DNA of 63,643 nucleotides, filler included, from Octopus bimaculoides (lineage: Eukaryota), in NCBI RefSeq assembly GCF_001194135.2. It is 8 parts of 6 records of this genome, joined end to end, with 100 filler letters (N's around TTAATTAATTAA, not from the genome) between each part and the next. Parts side by side here need not be neighbours in the genome. Positions count along the whole stretch, not along the records: positions 1 to 7,418 come from NC_068987.1; positions 7,519 to 25,423 come from NC_068985.1; 6 more parts are not named here. One strand, written 5' to 3'. The notes beneath the pieces are model-generated. The model was given only the letters and a program-made list of their open reading frames with translations, was not told the origin of the DNA and ran no database searches. Shown here piece by piece: positions 1 through 11,690 of the stretch; position 1 is the stretch's first letter, and every line of letters starts with the position of its first letter. The translations under genes and the position numbers were made by a program.

Positions 1-27
1 ATATATATATATATATATATATAATAG

Positions 28-177
28 GATGGGTTTCTTTCAGTTTCTGTCTACCAAGTCCACTCAAAGGGCTTTGGTCGGCCTGAGGCTATAGTAGAAG
101 ACACCTGCTCAAGGGGCAACGCAGCGGGACTGAATTCGGAACCATACAGTTGGGAAGCAAGCTCCTTGCCACAGGGC
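28..177 (-). mobile_element. tRNA-derived SINE, family A, 5' part
   Basis: Reverse complement matches the head and body of the fuller copies at 24293-24611 and 59385-59810 (CTTCTACTATAGCCTC...TTGGTAGAC.GAAACTGAAAGAA); abuts (AT)n at 1-24. Confidence 0.85.
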
Positions 178-354
178 CAAGCCTGCACCTATTATGTAAA
201 ATAATCAACATATTTTGTGTATTGTAGAAGCATAAGCAATTTGCTGCATATAAATTTCGACAAGAAAATCATACAATGGGCCCCAGTCGAGAACCAATGG
301 TTTCGTAGAAGGAAAATAATTATTTTAGCTATATCAATGTGATACTTGTTTTAA

Positions 355-450
355 GAAGAGTGAAAGGCGATGTCGTCCCTCGTAAGATTTGAACTCAGAG
401 AGGTGAGCATATGTTCCGTGAAAGAATTTATTCCGGCGCTCTAATATTTC
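355..450 (-). mobile_element. Degenerate SINE family B remnant
   Basis: Weak match to the TGAGTTCAAAT...GCCTTTCA core of the copy at 29820-30040. Confidence 0.5.
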
Positions 451-554
451 TATCCAGACATACTCTTTTTTTCTTTTTAGTAGCTACTGTGATGTGTATA
501 ATTAGTAACACTTAGTAAAATTTACTAGTTATATATTCGACTTATTTCTACTAG

Positions 555-705
555 GTTTCTCTGTACGACAACCTCAGTCGAAGTTTTGATAAAACCGAGG
601 GTGTATTAATAAAAAAAAAAAAAACATTTCTCAATGTGCTGTGCACCAGACTCGAAACTAAACACACGTAATTGTGAATCAAACTTTCTAACTACAGAGT
701 CATGC
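555..705 (-). mobile_element. Degenerate SINE family A remnant
   Basis: Reverse complement GGCATGACTCTGTAGTTAGAAAGTTTG...CCTCGG...CAGAGAAAC aligns with the family A head and body. Confidence 0.55.
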
Positions 706-1360
706 CTCAACCTCACTGGACTGTGAGCATGTGGGACGTCTTCGTTATGCTCCTATTCTGGATGGTGTATCGTAACGTTGCGCTTGGCACTTCATTTCCC
801 TTTGACCCAGTCTTCTTAGTGGTAATGAATGCCATCCCGGTGCTGGTGCAGCTCTCTTTCCCTCTAGCTGTCACATCTAGGACAAGAGCGAGGGGATCGA
901 GAAGGTGTCTATGTCTGCTCGTGACTTCATAAACATTTAAAGCAATTACTGAAAGCATGGTGCATTTTACCATGCTATACTAATTCGCGTGTGATGGCGA
1001 GCTGTACTGAGAATGGAGGCATTCCAAAAGGGGTCACAATGAATAGCTATCCCTAAATATGAGGAATCTACGGCGGTGGCCTGTCTTTATTAAATGCTTA
1101 ATTTGTTCATAAACAAAGTTGTTGCTGGTATCATTGTCGTTGTTGTTCTTGTTCTTGTTTAAGCCATGTCTGATTGAACAGACTTATGCTAAAAGGCGTC
1201 CCCTGTCACAAATGACAAAGTCATTTACTTTTTTTTTACCGGAATAGACGTAGGTGTATTTGTGTGTGTGTGTGTGTGTGTTAAAACTGCTACTCCATCG
1301 GTTACGACGACGNNNNNNNNNNNNNNNNNNNNNNNNNNNNNNNNNNNNNNNNNNNNNNNN

Positions 1361-1482
1361 GTAAGACGTTTGCTTTCCAGCCATGTGGACGCATCTTGGA
1401 CGCGTGCCTTCTACTATAACCTCTGGCCGATCAAGGTCTTGTAGGCGGATTTGGTAGACGAAAGCTGAAAGAGGCCCATCGA
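1361..1482 (+). mobile_element. SINE family A fragment
   Basis: CTTCTACTATAACCTCTGGCCGATCAAGG...GGATTTGGTAGACGAAAGCTGAAAG followed by (TG)n, as in other family A copies. Confidence 0.75.
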
Positions 1483-1540
<58 letters not shown>

Positions 1541-1559
1541 AAACTGCTACTCCATCGGT

Positions 1560-1868
1560 TACGACGACGAACATTCCAGTTGATTGATCAACAGAACAAC
1601 CTGTTCATAAGATTAGCTTCCAAATGGCTGAGCACTCCACAGACACGCGTACCCTTAACATAGTTCTCAGGGAAATTGAGCGTGACACAGAATATAACAA
1701 GTCTGGCTATTTGAAATACAAGTACAGCGCATTTTTTTGGAGGGGGCAGCTGAGAGGATTAAAGCAATGCGTAATAAAGCGCCTAGCTCAAGGATACGAC
1801 TCGCCGCTGGGAATCGAACTCACGACCTTACAATCGTGAGCCAAATACCCTAACCACTAAGCCACGCT
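1560..1868 (-). mobile_element. tRNA-derived SINE related to family C
   Basis: tRNA-like head at about 1800-1868 (A box GGCTTAGTGGTTAGGG, B box GAGTTCGATTCCC on minus); 3' part matches 48005-48150. Confidence 0.75.
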
Positions 1869-2625
1869 TAGCGGCTTAGTGTTTATCATGAAAAGTAAAA
1901 ATCAGGCCGAAATCACGTGATCTGGTAGTCCGAGCAGCGGAAGTAGCGATGATTCTTTATCACTGGCAATAGCTATGATGTGCTTTTATGCCCCAGTTAA
2001 CCATGTGAGAGTTTTCTCTCTTGGTAAATATTGCTGTATTTGTGTGTTCTAACGCAACTATCCACTTTTAAGTGGTGAATATTTTACCTTTGGGTATTAA
2101 TACTGCCTCTATCGCTCTCTATATTTTTTATACATGCATACATACATACCTATGTATGTATGTATGTATGTATGTATGTTTGTGTATGTGTGTGTGGATT
2201 TGTGTGTGTTACTCGCCAGCGCTTAACAACACGTAAAGTATCGGTTCTACATAAAGAAATCGAATGAATAAGTACCGGGCTTTAAAAATCAACACCAAGG
2301 TTGATTTCTTCGCCTATATCCATCCAACTGGTACTTCAGCATGCGTGCAGTCCATGGAATGGAACAAATAACGGATCAGAGTGCACCTCGCAATATATTA
2401 TTCAATCTTCTTTCCCTTTTAAAGGCGAGTTAATGTGTGATTTGAATGATGATTGGTTGATATTTGCATATCCAGCGATGGTTAATGTTTGTTTAGATTA
2501 TTGTCAGCCTATCGGTATTTTATGATATTTTTACTGCATTTTATGTCCTGACTTCAAAACCCGTTGGGGTTATATATGCACATGTATAATATATGATATA
2601 TCAGTATATAATATATTATATATTA

Positions 2626-3103
2626 ACGAGGGAGAGTAAGAAATTATGCGCACTCTTGTTTTTTTTCAATGTATTTACAACAAAGCAGGGGATAAGCAAG
2701 TTCGTTACTTTTCTGTATAGTCTCCTTCCTTTTCGATGCACTTGGTCCAGCAGTCCACAAGCTTGCGTATTCCCACCAAAAAGAAGGTTTTCGGTTGGTT
2801 GAGCAAACATTTATGCACCGTTTCTTTCACATCTTCATCCGTAGGAAATCGACAACCTCGTTAACCATCTTTGAGCGGCCCAAAGATATGATAGTCATAA
2901 AGGGGTGAGATCTGGGCTGTAGGCAGGATGTTCCAGCACCTCAAAACCCAGTCGGTTAATGGTTTCAATGGTCTGGGTGGTTGTGTGTGTGTGTGTGTTC
3001 ATTGTCATGCAACAACAAAACTTTCTTCGACCATAGACTTCCACGTTTGTTGCGAATTGTTGGCTTCAGTTTGTTGGCCAGCAAAGCACTGCATCTTGCA
3101 CTG
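2626..3103 (-). mobile_element. Mariner transposon 3' fragment (decayed transposase C-terminus)
   Basis: Minus strand translates to ...KKVLLLHDN (interrupted by a CA-repeat expansion), then DYHIFGPLKDG*RGCRFPTDEDVKETVH...GIRKLVDCWTKCIEKEGDY; ACGAGGG terminal motif at 2626; runs into a gap. Confidence 0.9.
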
Positions 3104-4139
3104 NNNNNNNNNNNNNNNNNNNNNNNNNNNNNNNNNNNNNNNNNNNNNNNNNNNNNNNNNNNNNNNNNNNNNNNNNNNNNNNNNNNNNNNNNNNNNNNNN
3201 NNNNNNNNNNNNNNNNNNNNNNNNNNNNNNNNNNNNNNNNNNNNNNNNNNNNNNNNNNNNNNNNNNNNNNNNNNNNNNNNNNNNNNNNNNNNNNNNNNNN
3301 NNNNNNNNNNNNNNNNNNNNNNNNNNNNNNNNNNNNNNNNNNNNNNNNNNNNNNNNNNNNNNNNNNNNNNNNNNNNNNNNNNNNNNNNNNNNNNNNNNNN
3401 NNNNNNNNNNNNNNNNNNNNNNNNNNNNNNNNNNNNNNNNNNNNNNNNNNNNNNNNNNNNNNNNNNNNNNNNNNNNNNNNNNNNNNNNNNNNNNNNNNNN
3501 NNNNNNNNNNNNNNNNNNNNNNNNNNNNNNNNNNNNNNNNNNNNNNNNNNNNNNNNNNNNNNNNNNNNNNNNNNNNNNNNNNNNNNNNNNNNNNNNNNNN
3601 NNNNNNNNNNNNNNNNNNNNNNNNNNNNNNNNNNNNNNNNNNNNNNNNNNNNNNNNNNNNNNNNNNNNNNNNNNNNNNNNNNNNNNNNNNNNNNNNNNNN
3701 NNNNNNNNNNNNNNNNNNNNNNNNNNNNNNNNNNNNNNNNNNNNNNNNNNNNNNNNNNNNNNNNNNNNNNAAATGTATGTATATAGATAATTAAGATAGA
3801 TGTATACACACACATACATACATCCATGCACATAGGTAAATGTGCGCGCGCCACACACACACACACACACACACTCTTTTACCTTCGGAGATGAAACATC
3901 ACAATGATCAACTTTACCCTTTTTTCACTTCCTGGTCGATTAAAACAATTAGCGTTTGCATAATGGGATCGGCTAAATTCATTGTATTTCCTCACCTCGA
4001 AATGCGTAGTTGTGTGTCACATCACTGAATATATTAAAGGCCTTTAGAATCCGTTATTGCCGTATTTTTGGTCGTAACCTTTGTTGTTGTTTATTTATTT
4101 ATTTGCTGTTTAGATACTTCCGTGGTACAGTAGCAAAAG

Positions 4140-4392
4140 TAAAGTAAAGTTCCTTCCTGAGTCATACTGACTCATAAGAGCCAGTTTCCTGGTTTCCATG
4201 GTGCATATACTCCCCACCTGGACGGGACGCCGATCCGTCACAGGAATACTTCCTTTTGCCAGCTGAGTGGACTGGAGCAACGTGAAATGAAGGGTTTTAA
4301 TCAGGAACACAACACGCCGCCCGGTCCAGGAATCGAAACCACAATCTTATGATCATCAGTCCAACACTCCTAATAACTAAGCAACATGCCTC
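4140..4392 (-). mobile_element. tRNA-derived SINE, family D
   Basis: Minus strand: head GAGGCATGTTGCTTAGTTATTAGGAG...GGTTTCGATTCCTGG, body CTCCAGTCCACTCAGCTG, tail GACGGATCGGCGTCCCGTCCAGG...CATGGAAACCAGGAAAC. Confidence 0.8.
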
Positions 4393-4944
4393 AACTCTGT
4401 GGTACAGTCTTTGTTATTAATACCACTTGCTCATTATTTCTGTAGCCAAATACTACCATGCTTTGAGCAGCAGTTTAACAGAATAAAGTGATTTCACGTG
4501 CCGGAATACGAAAAGAATGTTAGTAGTGTTGTCGTTGTTGCTGTTACTGCTCCTGCTATTTATTAATCACTGACCCTCTATTTATGGCTATCCTGTTTTA
4601 TTTATTTACTTATTTAAATTTTACTTCTATATATTATATCTCGGACTGAACAATCCGATATTTGCTGTCATTATTTCCTAATTGAGTAAAGTATGATATG
4701 AGGGAGATTTAGCAGCTATTTCTCTTTTGATCAGGTGATCACACGGTGTTTCTCACGCCAATTCAGTGAAGAATGTCTTCTGCGTAGGAGGTGGCAAATG
4801 TCGGAAGCAGACACATTGTAAAACAAAACGAATAAAAAGATATTTTTTTCTCAAGAATATTGTAATAACAGGTCAAAGAACTCTGCTCTAGCTTACAAAA
4901 TAACGAGGTTAAAATAAGTCATGACAATACGTGTATGTCGCCTA

Positions 4945-5760
4945 GAGTAGAAAAGAATACATTTTCCTTCATTGTTCACGACTTCTCGCCAACATTCCAC
5001 TAGCTTGTCAATGCCTTGACGGTAAAAATCAGTGGGTCGCAACTCGATGAATTTATCGAGTCACGTTTTCAGTTCCACGTCGCAGGCAACCGAAAAAGGC
5101 GATAATCTGAAGGTGTTATGTTTGGAGAATACGGAAGATGCGGCGATAGAACTTCCCAAACGAGCTCTTGGATAGAAATGTTTGGTCAAATTATCTATGT
5201 GGGGAGGGGTCGAGCGTTGTCGTGCTGAAGAAGCACGCTGTGCTGTTTTTGAACCTTGCCCATCGAGCGAAGGTAACTGGTGACGGTATCATGAGAGTAT
5301 CCAATCCACTGGGATGATTCCCAAGTAGATTGGCGTGGATCCTCGTGGATGAGCTCGTTCGATCGATCTTCATTGAACTGTAGAGGCCGAGCGAAGGTAA
5401 CTGGTGACGGTATCATGAGAGCATCCAATCCACTGGGCTGATTCCCAAGTAGATTGGCGTGGATCCTCGTGGATGAGCTCGTTCGATCGATCTTCATTGA
5501 ACTGTAGAGGCCGACCGGAATGCAAGCTGTCTGTGAGGCCGAATTCTCGCTTCTTGAAGGGTGAAAAGCATTTCTGCGTAGTTCTTTCAGTAATAACTCT
5601 CTATCAGTACACCGTACAAATGTCACAAGCTGACTTGGTAGGTTTGGAACTTTTACTGAAAGTGAAGAGCGCAGATGTCCAGAATGTTCAGTATTTTTCT
5701 TCTTTGAGTTCTATCGTCATACATCTGAAGAGGGGTAAAATTCATTCAAAATTTAAAATG
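4945..5760 (-). mobile_element. Internally deleted mariner element with an internal tandem duplication
   Basis: HTH region (SGRPLQFNEDRSNELIHEDPRQSTWES...YLRSMGKVQK) joined almost directly to VLLQHDNARP, then PYSPNITPSDYRLF and FYRQGIDKLVECWREVVNNEGN. Ends are approximate. Confidence 0.9.
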
Positions 5761-6060
5761 ATAAACTAAAGCTGCAAAAGAAGAATTAAGCTAAAAAAAA
5801 AGACATAAAACACTACCATAATACCTTTAAAAAAATAAGAATAAAATTCTAAATTAGTAGAATGGTTAGTTAGAATGTGAATTAAGAACATACAGGAACA
5901 TTGACCTACTTTAAGACCAAACAGCAATAAATACCAAACTAGCCGAAGTAAACTACAGGTCACGGGATATATGACTATTTATAGTAATGCTAACACCTCA
6001 TATAGGGATAATTTTTGGTTATAGTCTCTTCAGATGATATCCGAACAGCAGCAATAAACA

Positions 6061-6145
6061 ACCCTGATGAAGTTGCACCGATCATTAACACCAAGATGCA
6101 CACTTAACAGTGTGCAGCGGCTTGCAGCGGAAACGCGCATAGGTC
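6061..6145 (+). ncRNA. Type I hammerhead-ribozyme-like motif (degenerate, long stem II)
   Basis: ACC-CTGATGA (6064-6070), A, GTTGCA/TGCAGC stem with inner CCG/CGG and a TGCACAC/GTGTGCA hairpin, G, GAAAC (6130-6134), GCGC, ATA, GGT; stem I is 3 bp. Confidence 0.55.
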
Positions 6146-6394
6146 TAAATGAACAACGATGTAAATAATAGTATGATAAAACTTGAATGTGCAAATATCC
6201 GTTCTCCCGATCTTCATTAATTTTATTATCTTTTCAACGGAAACTATGTAGTTCTTATAAGGTCATTCGAATTTATCACGTAAGGATTAACCAAGTATAA
6301 TAAACTTTAACTAACTTGAATTTTATTAACACTCACCGTGGCTAGCTGGCATTGAGAACCGATAAGAGCTAAAACGGTAACCGCCAGGATTATA

Positions 6395-7418
6395 TTGGTT
6401 CATCTTGTAAATGATGCGTTTTTTTCTCAATTGCATGAACTAAAAGTTGGAGAGGGACGGGATAAACTACCTGCATCAATTTTTTATAAAAGCAGGTAGT
6501 AATTTTACCTTGTCCTTATTCTTAGTGTAAGTTTTGAAGAGTGCAGTTAAATTTTAACAGTTATTTTTAAAAACTATAATGGAAGTGACAAAGGATCATG
6601 TTCGGCATATTTTTCTTTATGAGTTCAATAAAGGCAACAACGCAACGGAAAGTGTGAGGAATATTAATGCAGTATATGGGGATCAGTTAATAAGCGTAAG
6701 CCAATGTCAACGGTAGTTCCAGAAATTCCGAGTCGGAAACTACAGCCTAGAAGATGATCCTCGTCCTGGAAGATATGTAGAGCTTGACGCAGACGTCCCG
6801 CAAACTCCGGTGGAACAAAATCCCAACGTAACTGTTGAGGAATTAGCAGAGAAGCTTGGATTTGGTTATTCAACCATTCATCGACACCTGCGTGCCATCG
6901 GAAAAGTCAGCAAATTGAGTCAATGGGTTCCTCACAAAATTTCTGTGTCTAATCGCGCGTAGAGAGTGAATGTGTGCTCTTCTTTGCTGTCTCGTCTCAC
7001 GAATGAACCTGTTTTGGACCGAATAGAGACTGGTGACGAGAAATGAGTTATCTATAAAAATGTCAAGCGCCGAAGACAGCGGGTAGGGAAAGGAGAAACA
7101 CACGCACTCCAGGCTAAAGAAGGTCCTCACCCACGTAAGGTGTTGTTATCTGTTTGGTAGGATATGAAAGATCTAGTCCATTTTGAACTTTTAAACCCAA
7201 GCGAAACGAGAACAAAGGAGATCTACTGCGAGCAGCTTCAGCGGCCTAAGTCAGCGATAGAAGAAAATCGACCATCTTTGGTTTCAAGACGAAAAGTGTT
7301 CTTCCATCAGGAAAGTGCTTCACTGCATACAACGAGGCTGACATTCCAAAGGCTGGAACATTTTAAATGGGAAACGATGTTCCACCAACCATATTTGCTG
7401 GACATTGCCCAATGTGAT
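6395..7418 (+). mobile_element. Mariner element (5' TIR-like end plus transposase), truncated by a gap
   Basis: TATATTGGTTCATC...ATGCGTTTT terminal motif at about 6391; transposase begins at 6579. Confidence 0.9.
6579..7418 (+). pseudogene. Mariner DD34D transposase pseudogene
   Basis: One frame from MEVTKDHVRHIFLYEFNKG through WVPHKIS, TGDEK*, VFFHQESASLH and PYLLDIAQCD; 34 residues between the 2nd and 3rd catalytic positions; four in-frame stops, no frameshift. Confidence 0.92.
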
Positions 7419-7764
7419 NNNNNNNNNNNNNNNNNNNNNNNNNNNNNNNNNNNNNNNNNNNNTTAATTAATTAANNNNNNNNNNNNNNNNNNNNNNNNNN
7501 NNNNNNNNNNNNNNNNNNTAATGTACATGCCTATGCATGTATACATTACCATATGCAGATATACATGGATATAAAAACATAACTACATGAGTACATATAT
7601 GTGTGCTCAGATTCACATACACAGATGGCTGCACATGCATACCAAAATAGTCAACAGTCACTGTCACCACATGTGAGGGGGACATGCACATATATATCTA
7701 TCCCCTCACACATACATACATACATACATACATACATGTATATATAAATATTCCCATACATAGA

Positions 7765-8498
7765 TGATCCCTGGTATGAACGTTATTCGTTGCGTCTCCA
7801 CACGTATACTCGGCCGGTGGTCGGAAATAAGGTACCGGATGACTCGTCCGAGAAAATAACATTCTTCCACTATTCTAGGGGCCAATTCTGTAGGTTTTTA
7901 CTCCACTCTAAATGCTTTCCAACGTTTGTTTTTGAAAGTAGTGATTTTCTGATTGCAGCCCTCCCGTGAAATCCGGATTTGTGCTGCTCCTGGTGAACAG
8001 TTTTTGCGGAAACTGGGTCCTCGTGGTGGTCATTAAGCTTTGCAGTAATTTTGGGAGTAATTTTGGGAGCTGTATTTTTGTGATAATTTCTAACAATTCG
8101 AGTAAGAGTCCGACAGTCCCTATCTGAAAATTTTAGTTTTCTTCTGGAGTTTTGTTTCAACGAGGAGGTTTTTCCCTCTTTCTGAAAGGCTGTCATTTCT
8201 AGACAGTACTTCTTGACACACCAAACATTTCGGCTGTTTTCGTTACGCTCGCGGCTGCCATACGAGCACCAACAATTTGACTTCTTTGAAAGTCCGATAG
8301 ATCTGTCATTTTAATAAATTTTACTTACCTTTTGCTGATGATATCTGTAAAGAAACAGGACTTTTAGTCAAACATATTAAGCAACACTAATAACAAATAA
8401 AAAAATATAAAAATAAATAATCTTTTGAGGTTTTTATAGATATTTCAAAATTATGATGCTATGATGCTACGTGTCTCTATTATTTTGTCCAACACCTG
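7765..8498 (-). mobile_element. Tc1-like element, 5' half (same family as 35480-36588)
   Basis: TIR CAGGTGTTGGACAAAATAAT on minus ending at TA 8499-8500; ATG at 8309 gives MTDLSDFQRSQIVGARM...GFHGRAAIRKSLLSK...VIFSDES. Confidence 0.92.
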
Positions 8499-8500
8499 TA

Positions 8501-8700
8501 TACCATTGCATATCTCAGTCTCTCCAGGGAATATAGACTCAGCTCCTTTAGCCTCTTCCTGTAGCCAATCGAGTCAATTTTATTTGTGTATTGGCGCTGG
8601 ATTGCTTCGAGTTCCGCAGTGTGTTTCACACTCTCTGGGGACCATAGTTGGGACCAGTAATCCAAGCGGTTGAGATCGAAAGTCTTCCATAGGAGTAGCA
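8501..8700 (-). mobile_element. CR1-like LINE RT C-terminal fragment
   Basis: RLDYWSQLWSP...LEAIQRQYTNKI...YRKRLKELSLYSLER, matching the motif order of the 17.9-18.1 kb copy. Confidence 0.8.
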
Positions 8701-8970
8701 TCCCCTTTTCCTTTCCTGGTTCTGAATCTCCTCGGAATCCACCTAGCCGCTCGCCTGCACAGCTTTGCCATGCTGGTAATATGCACATGGAATATTATAT
8801 ATACATAAATATACAGACATACATATATGTATATACATATATATAGAAATATAAGGAGCAAAAATACTGGAGATTCAGTAAACAACAGGTGGTAAAATTA
8901 TGAGTTGAAAATATGTAAAGATACATACATACACACACACACATATATATATATATACATGTACTTACAT

Positions 8971-9017
<47 letters not shown>

Positions 9018-9174
9018 CACACATACATATACACATACATATATATACATAGATATATATACACACCTAAATATATATATATATACATATGTATATACAC
9101 ATNNNNNNNNNNNNNNNNNNNNNNNNNNNNNNNNNNNNNNNNNNNNNNNNNNNNNNNNNNNNNNNNNNNNNNNT

Positions 9175-9212
9175 ACACCACCTGTCCTCGTCTGTTGTTA
9201 TTATTTGTATAT
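9175..9212 (+). repeat. Partial copy of the hammerhead-bearing short repeat family
   Basis: Near reverse complement of 49495-49540 (ATGGGAGA...AACAACAGACGAGGACAGGTGGTG); abuts (AT)n; the rest falls in a gap. Confidence 0.75.
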
Positions 9213-9990
9213 TCTCCCATATATATATATATATATACATACACACATATATATGTGTATATATACGTATATATATATATATATATATACATATACAAAT
9301 ATATATACATACATATATACACCTCGGCAGATTTTAAGCTCAGAACGTAAGCCGAACGAAATGCTTTTTATCAAATGTGCTAACGATCCTGCTAGCTCGC
9401 ATTCTGTTAAATCTCCTTTAAGCATAACTTGCGTAAAGTATCCCTCCGAATTATTTCGATTATTGCTGAATTTTTTCCCATAAAGCACAACATAAGATGA
9501 GATATTCAATAAGAATGACTTTAAACTACGTTTAAGTTCAACAAAATATTTACATGAAATAAAAAGCAACTATTGACATCCACATTTAATTCTTCCATGT
9601 TTTATGTATTTCAAAACCAATCGATATACATAACTGCGTGAAAATATTTGCAGTCAATTATATCGAATATGAGATTTCTTCATTCATTTCTGCGATCGTT
9701 AGATTATCAATAACGCACTGTGAAGTGTTACCATAAATTTCATGTGTATGCGTGGAGTGTGTGTTTTTTGTGTGTGTATGTGTTAGCGTGTATACATTTA
9801 TATACATGTTTAAACATACATATACACACATTGTATATATACATATATTTATACATATATATAATTGGTTTGATTTTGTTTTTGGCCTTTTTTTTTGCGT
9901 TTTAAAAGCGCATAGGTTAAATCCTTGTGCCTGAGCTCACGCAGGAAGAAAGAGATAAAGCCACAAAAAAAAAAGAGGAAAAATTGTTAC

Positions 9991-10072
9991 CTGTATTTAC
10001 AGCGGATGTATCAATCACCTTCAGAAAACAGAACTTTTCTTTGTTCCTTCGTTGGCGAAACTTATTAGAAGG
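9991..10072 (-). CDS. Candidate minus-strand exon (PSNKFRQRRNKEKFCFLKVIDTSAVNT)
   Basis: Acceptor ttttcgttcag, donor CAG|gtaaca, single open frame; no homology recognised. Confidence 0.2.
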
Positions 10073-11340
10073 CTGAACGAAAACATTGTACAGGCATGAC
10101 ATTTCTGAACAAAGAATGCTATTTTTTTAATCCCCAAACTTATTATCAGATTAAAGTAGAATCCGATTAAACATACAAACATAGAGTAGTAAAGAAATAT
10201 AACGAAAATTATAAGATATATTGAATTGAATGCAATTATCTCGGCGTTATTCTATTTATTTTGCTCTCTTATATTTATCATTCTCTTCTCTTAAGAATAG
10301 CAATTCAATCTATCTTGTGTCATGTACAATATACTATAATTAAAAATCAGTTCTGATTAAATGAATAAATGAATCAATAGATAAACTACAGATATTATTT
10401 ATACAAATTGATTTATTACTTGTCTTAATGTTGTTGTTCTTGTTGGTGTTGTTGACATTCTTGATGTTTATTGTTTTCTATTGTAATGTGCTTGTAGTAG
10501 TAGTAGTAGTGTTTGTTCCTTTCGTATCTCTTCTTTTTCATAGTTCATTTGTATTTCATTTACTTTCTCTAATCCGCAGAGCCGTTTGAAGATGGTAGTG
10601 AGAGTAGTTGTCTGATATAGTAGTGTACGATAAAACTTTTCTGATACTATCGTGTCCCGAGTTCAATGATATTCTGATTTCAAATCCAAGCAACCATCAT
10701 AAAATCAGCCCTAGTTTCATATTGGCGTCGATGTATTTGATGTACTTCCTTTGTCCTAAGTTTACATCTAAATTCGAAATTAATACACTATGGCAGGAAT
10801 ATGGGTGTTGGAATCGATCTGATACCGAATAACCAGGTGAAATCTTATACCTTTATACTGTTACACTGTTCTGTCCGAAGTGGTGATAGCTGATCTAGAA
10901 ATGATCTTGAAACCTTTCTTTTAAATAAATACCACAAACCAGTTCATGAAGGCGCGTGGCCTGATGTTTAGTGTTATTGGCCTCGTGATTTAAATTCGAT
11001 TTCTAGATTGAGCAAAGTCTTGTATCTTTGAGTATTTCGTTTCATGTTGTTCCAGTTTGCTCAGTTTAAAATAAATACCAGCCAACGGAGATGCAGTTTT
11101 TTCTGCTTGTATCTTCCTCCCCAGCAGTCATATCCTTTATGTTTCGCTGGGTAAAATCTTCCATGTCTCGAACAGTGTTTATGTCTACTTAGGACTACAG
11201 ATGATAATCTTGGAACAAGCTACGTCATACTCATTTTTGTGTGAGATATATATATTTTTAAAGAACCCTTCAACGTAGTAAGAATTTGCTTTACTCTAAA
11301 TTTCTGACAGAAATACGGCCTAAAATTATTGAGAAAGAGT

Positions 11341-11690
11341 ATGTCGATTATATGTCTCAACGTCGGTACGATGAAATCCATAGTCGACCACAGGAGGGTT
11401 TGAACTACAATATAATGGAGCGTAACGAAATCATGATATTTATCTTGTGGGAGTATTGACATACGAACAGAAATTTTGCAGAAGAACAATAAATTACTGG
11501 TACATTATTTCATCGATCTTTTGATGATAAAAAAATTTAAGTCACCTTCGATGAACTTAGAAATGATAAACATAAACGTGCGCAGGGACTTTATGAGAGG
11601 CGCTAATACTTCCGTAAAGCCCTATTGATGTCTTACTAGGTCATAAATTTCGAGGGATATTGATATTGTGGTGGGGGTGATTTTAATGGT
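11341..11690 (+). mobile_element. Decayed APE-type LINE endonuclease fragment
   Basis: MSIICLNVGTMKS (resembles the LNVxGL start motif) and GGGDFN at about 11670-11687, with frameshifts in between. Confidence 0.55.

Noticed and set aside
555-600. Apparent exon VSLYDNLSRSFDKTE
   Set aside because: Lies inside an antisense SINE family A remnant.
1262-1569. (GT)n-TAAAACTGCTACTCCATCGGTTACGACGACG present before a gap and again at about 1540
   Set aside because: The gap-adjacent duplication is most likely an assembly artefact; it cannot be resolved without reads.
2928-3872. Long ORFs of 268-301 aa, and similar ones at 27.7, 41.1, 54.5 and 60.5 kb
   Set aside because: Composed almost entirely of N-derived X residues.
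6022-6035. CTGAAGA on the minus strand near the 6061 motif, and similar heptamers at 14872, 15096 and 29584
   Set aside because: No correctly placed GAAA, stem II or GUH partner.
7463-7474. TTAATTAATTAA embedded in N runs (also at 25468, 37578, 44553, 46799, 49676 and 62243)
   Set aside because: Centred between N runs in what appear to be fixed 100-nt gaps (44 N each side at 7463), palindromic and giving stops in all six frames: an assembly gap marker, not biology.
8795-9483. YI/HT/CV/SL/poly-I/poly-M ORFs throughout the track
   Set aside because: Translations of di-, tri- and tetranucleotide microsatellites.
11311-11460. Apparent exon EIRPKIIEKEYVDYMSQRRYDEIHSRPQEG
   Set aside because: Another frame of the same DNA shows LINE endonuclease motifs (LNV..., GDFN), and there is no good donor.
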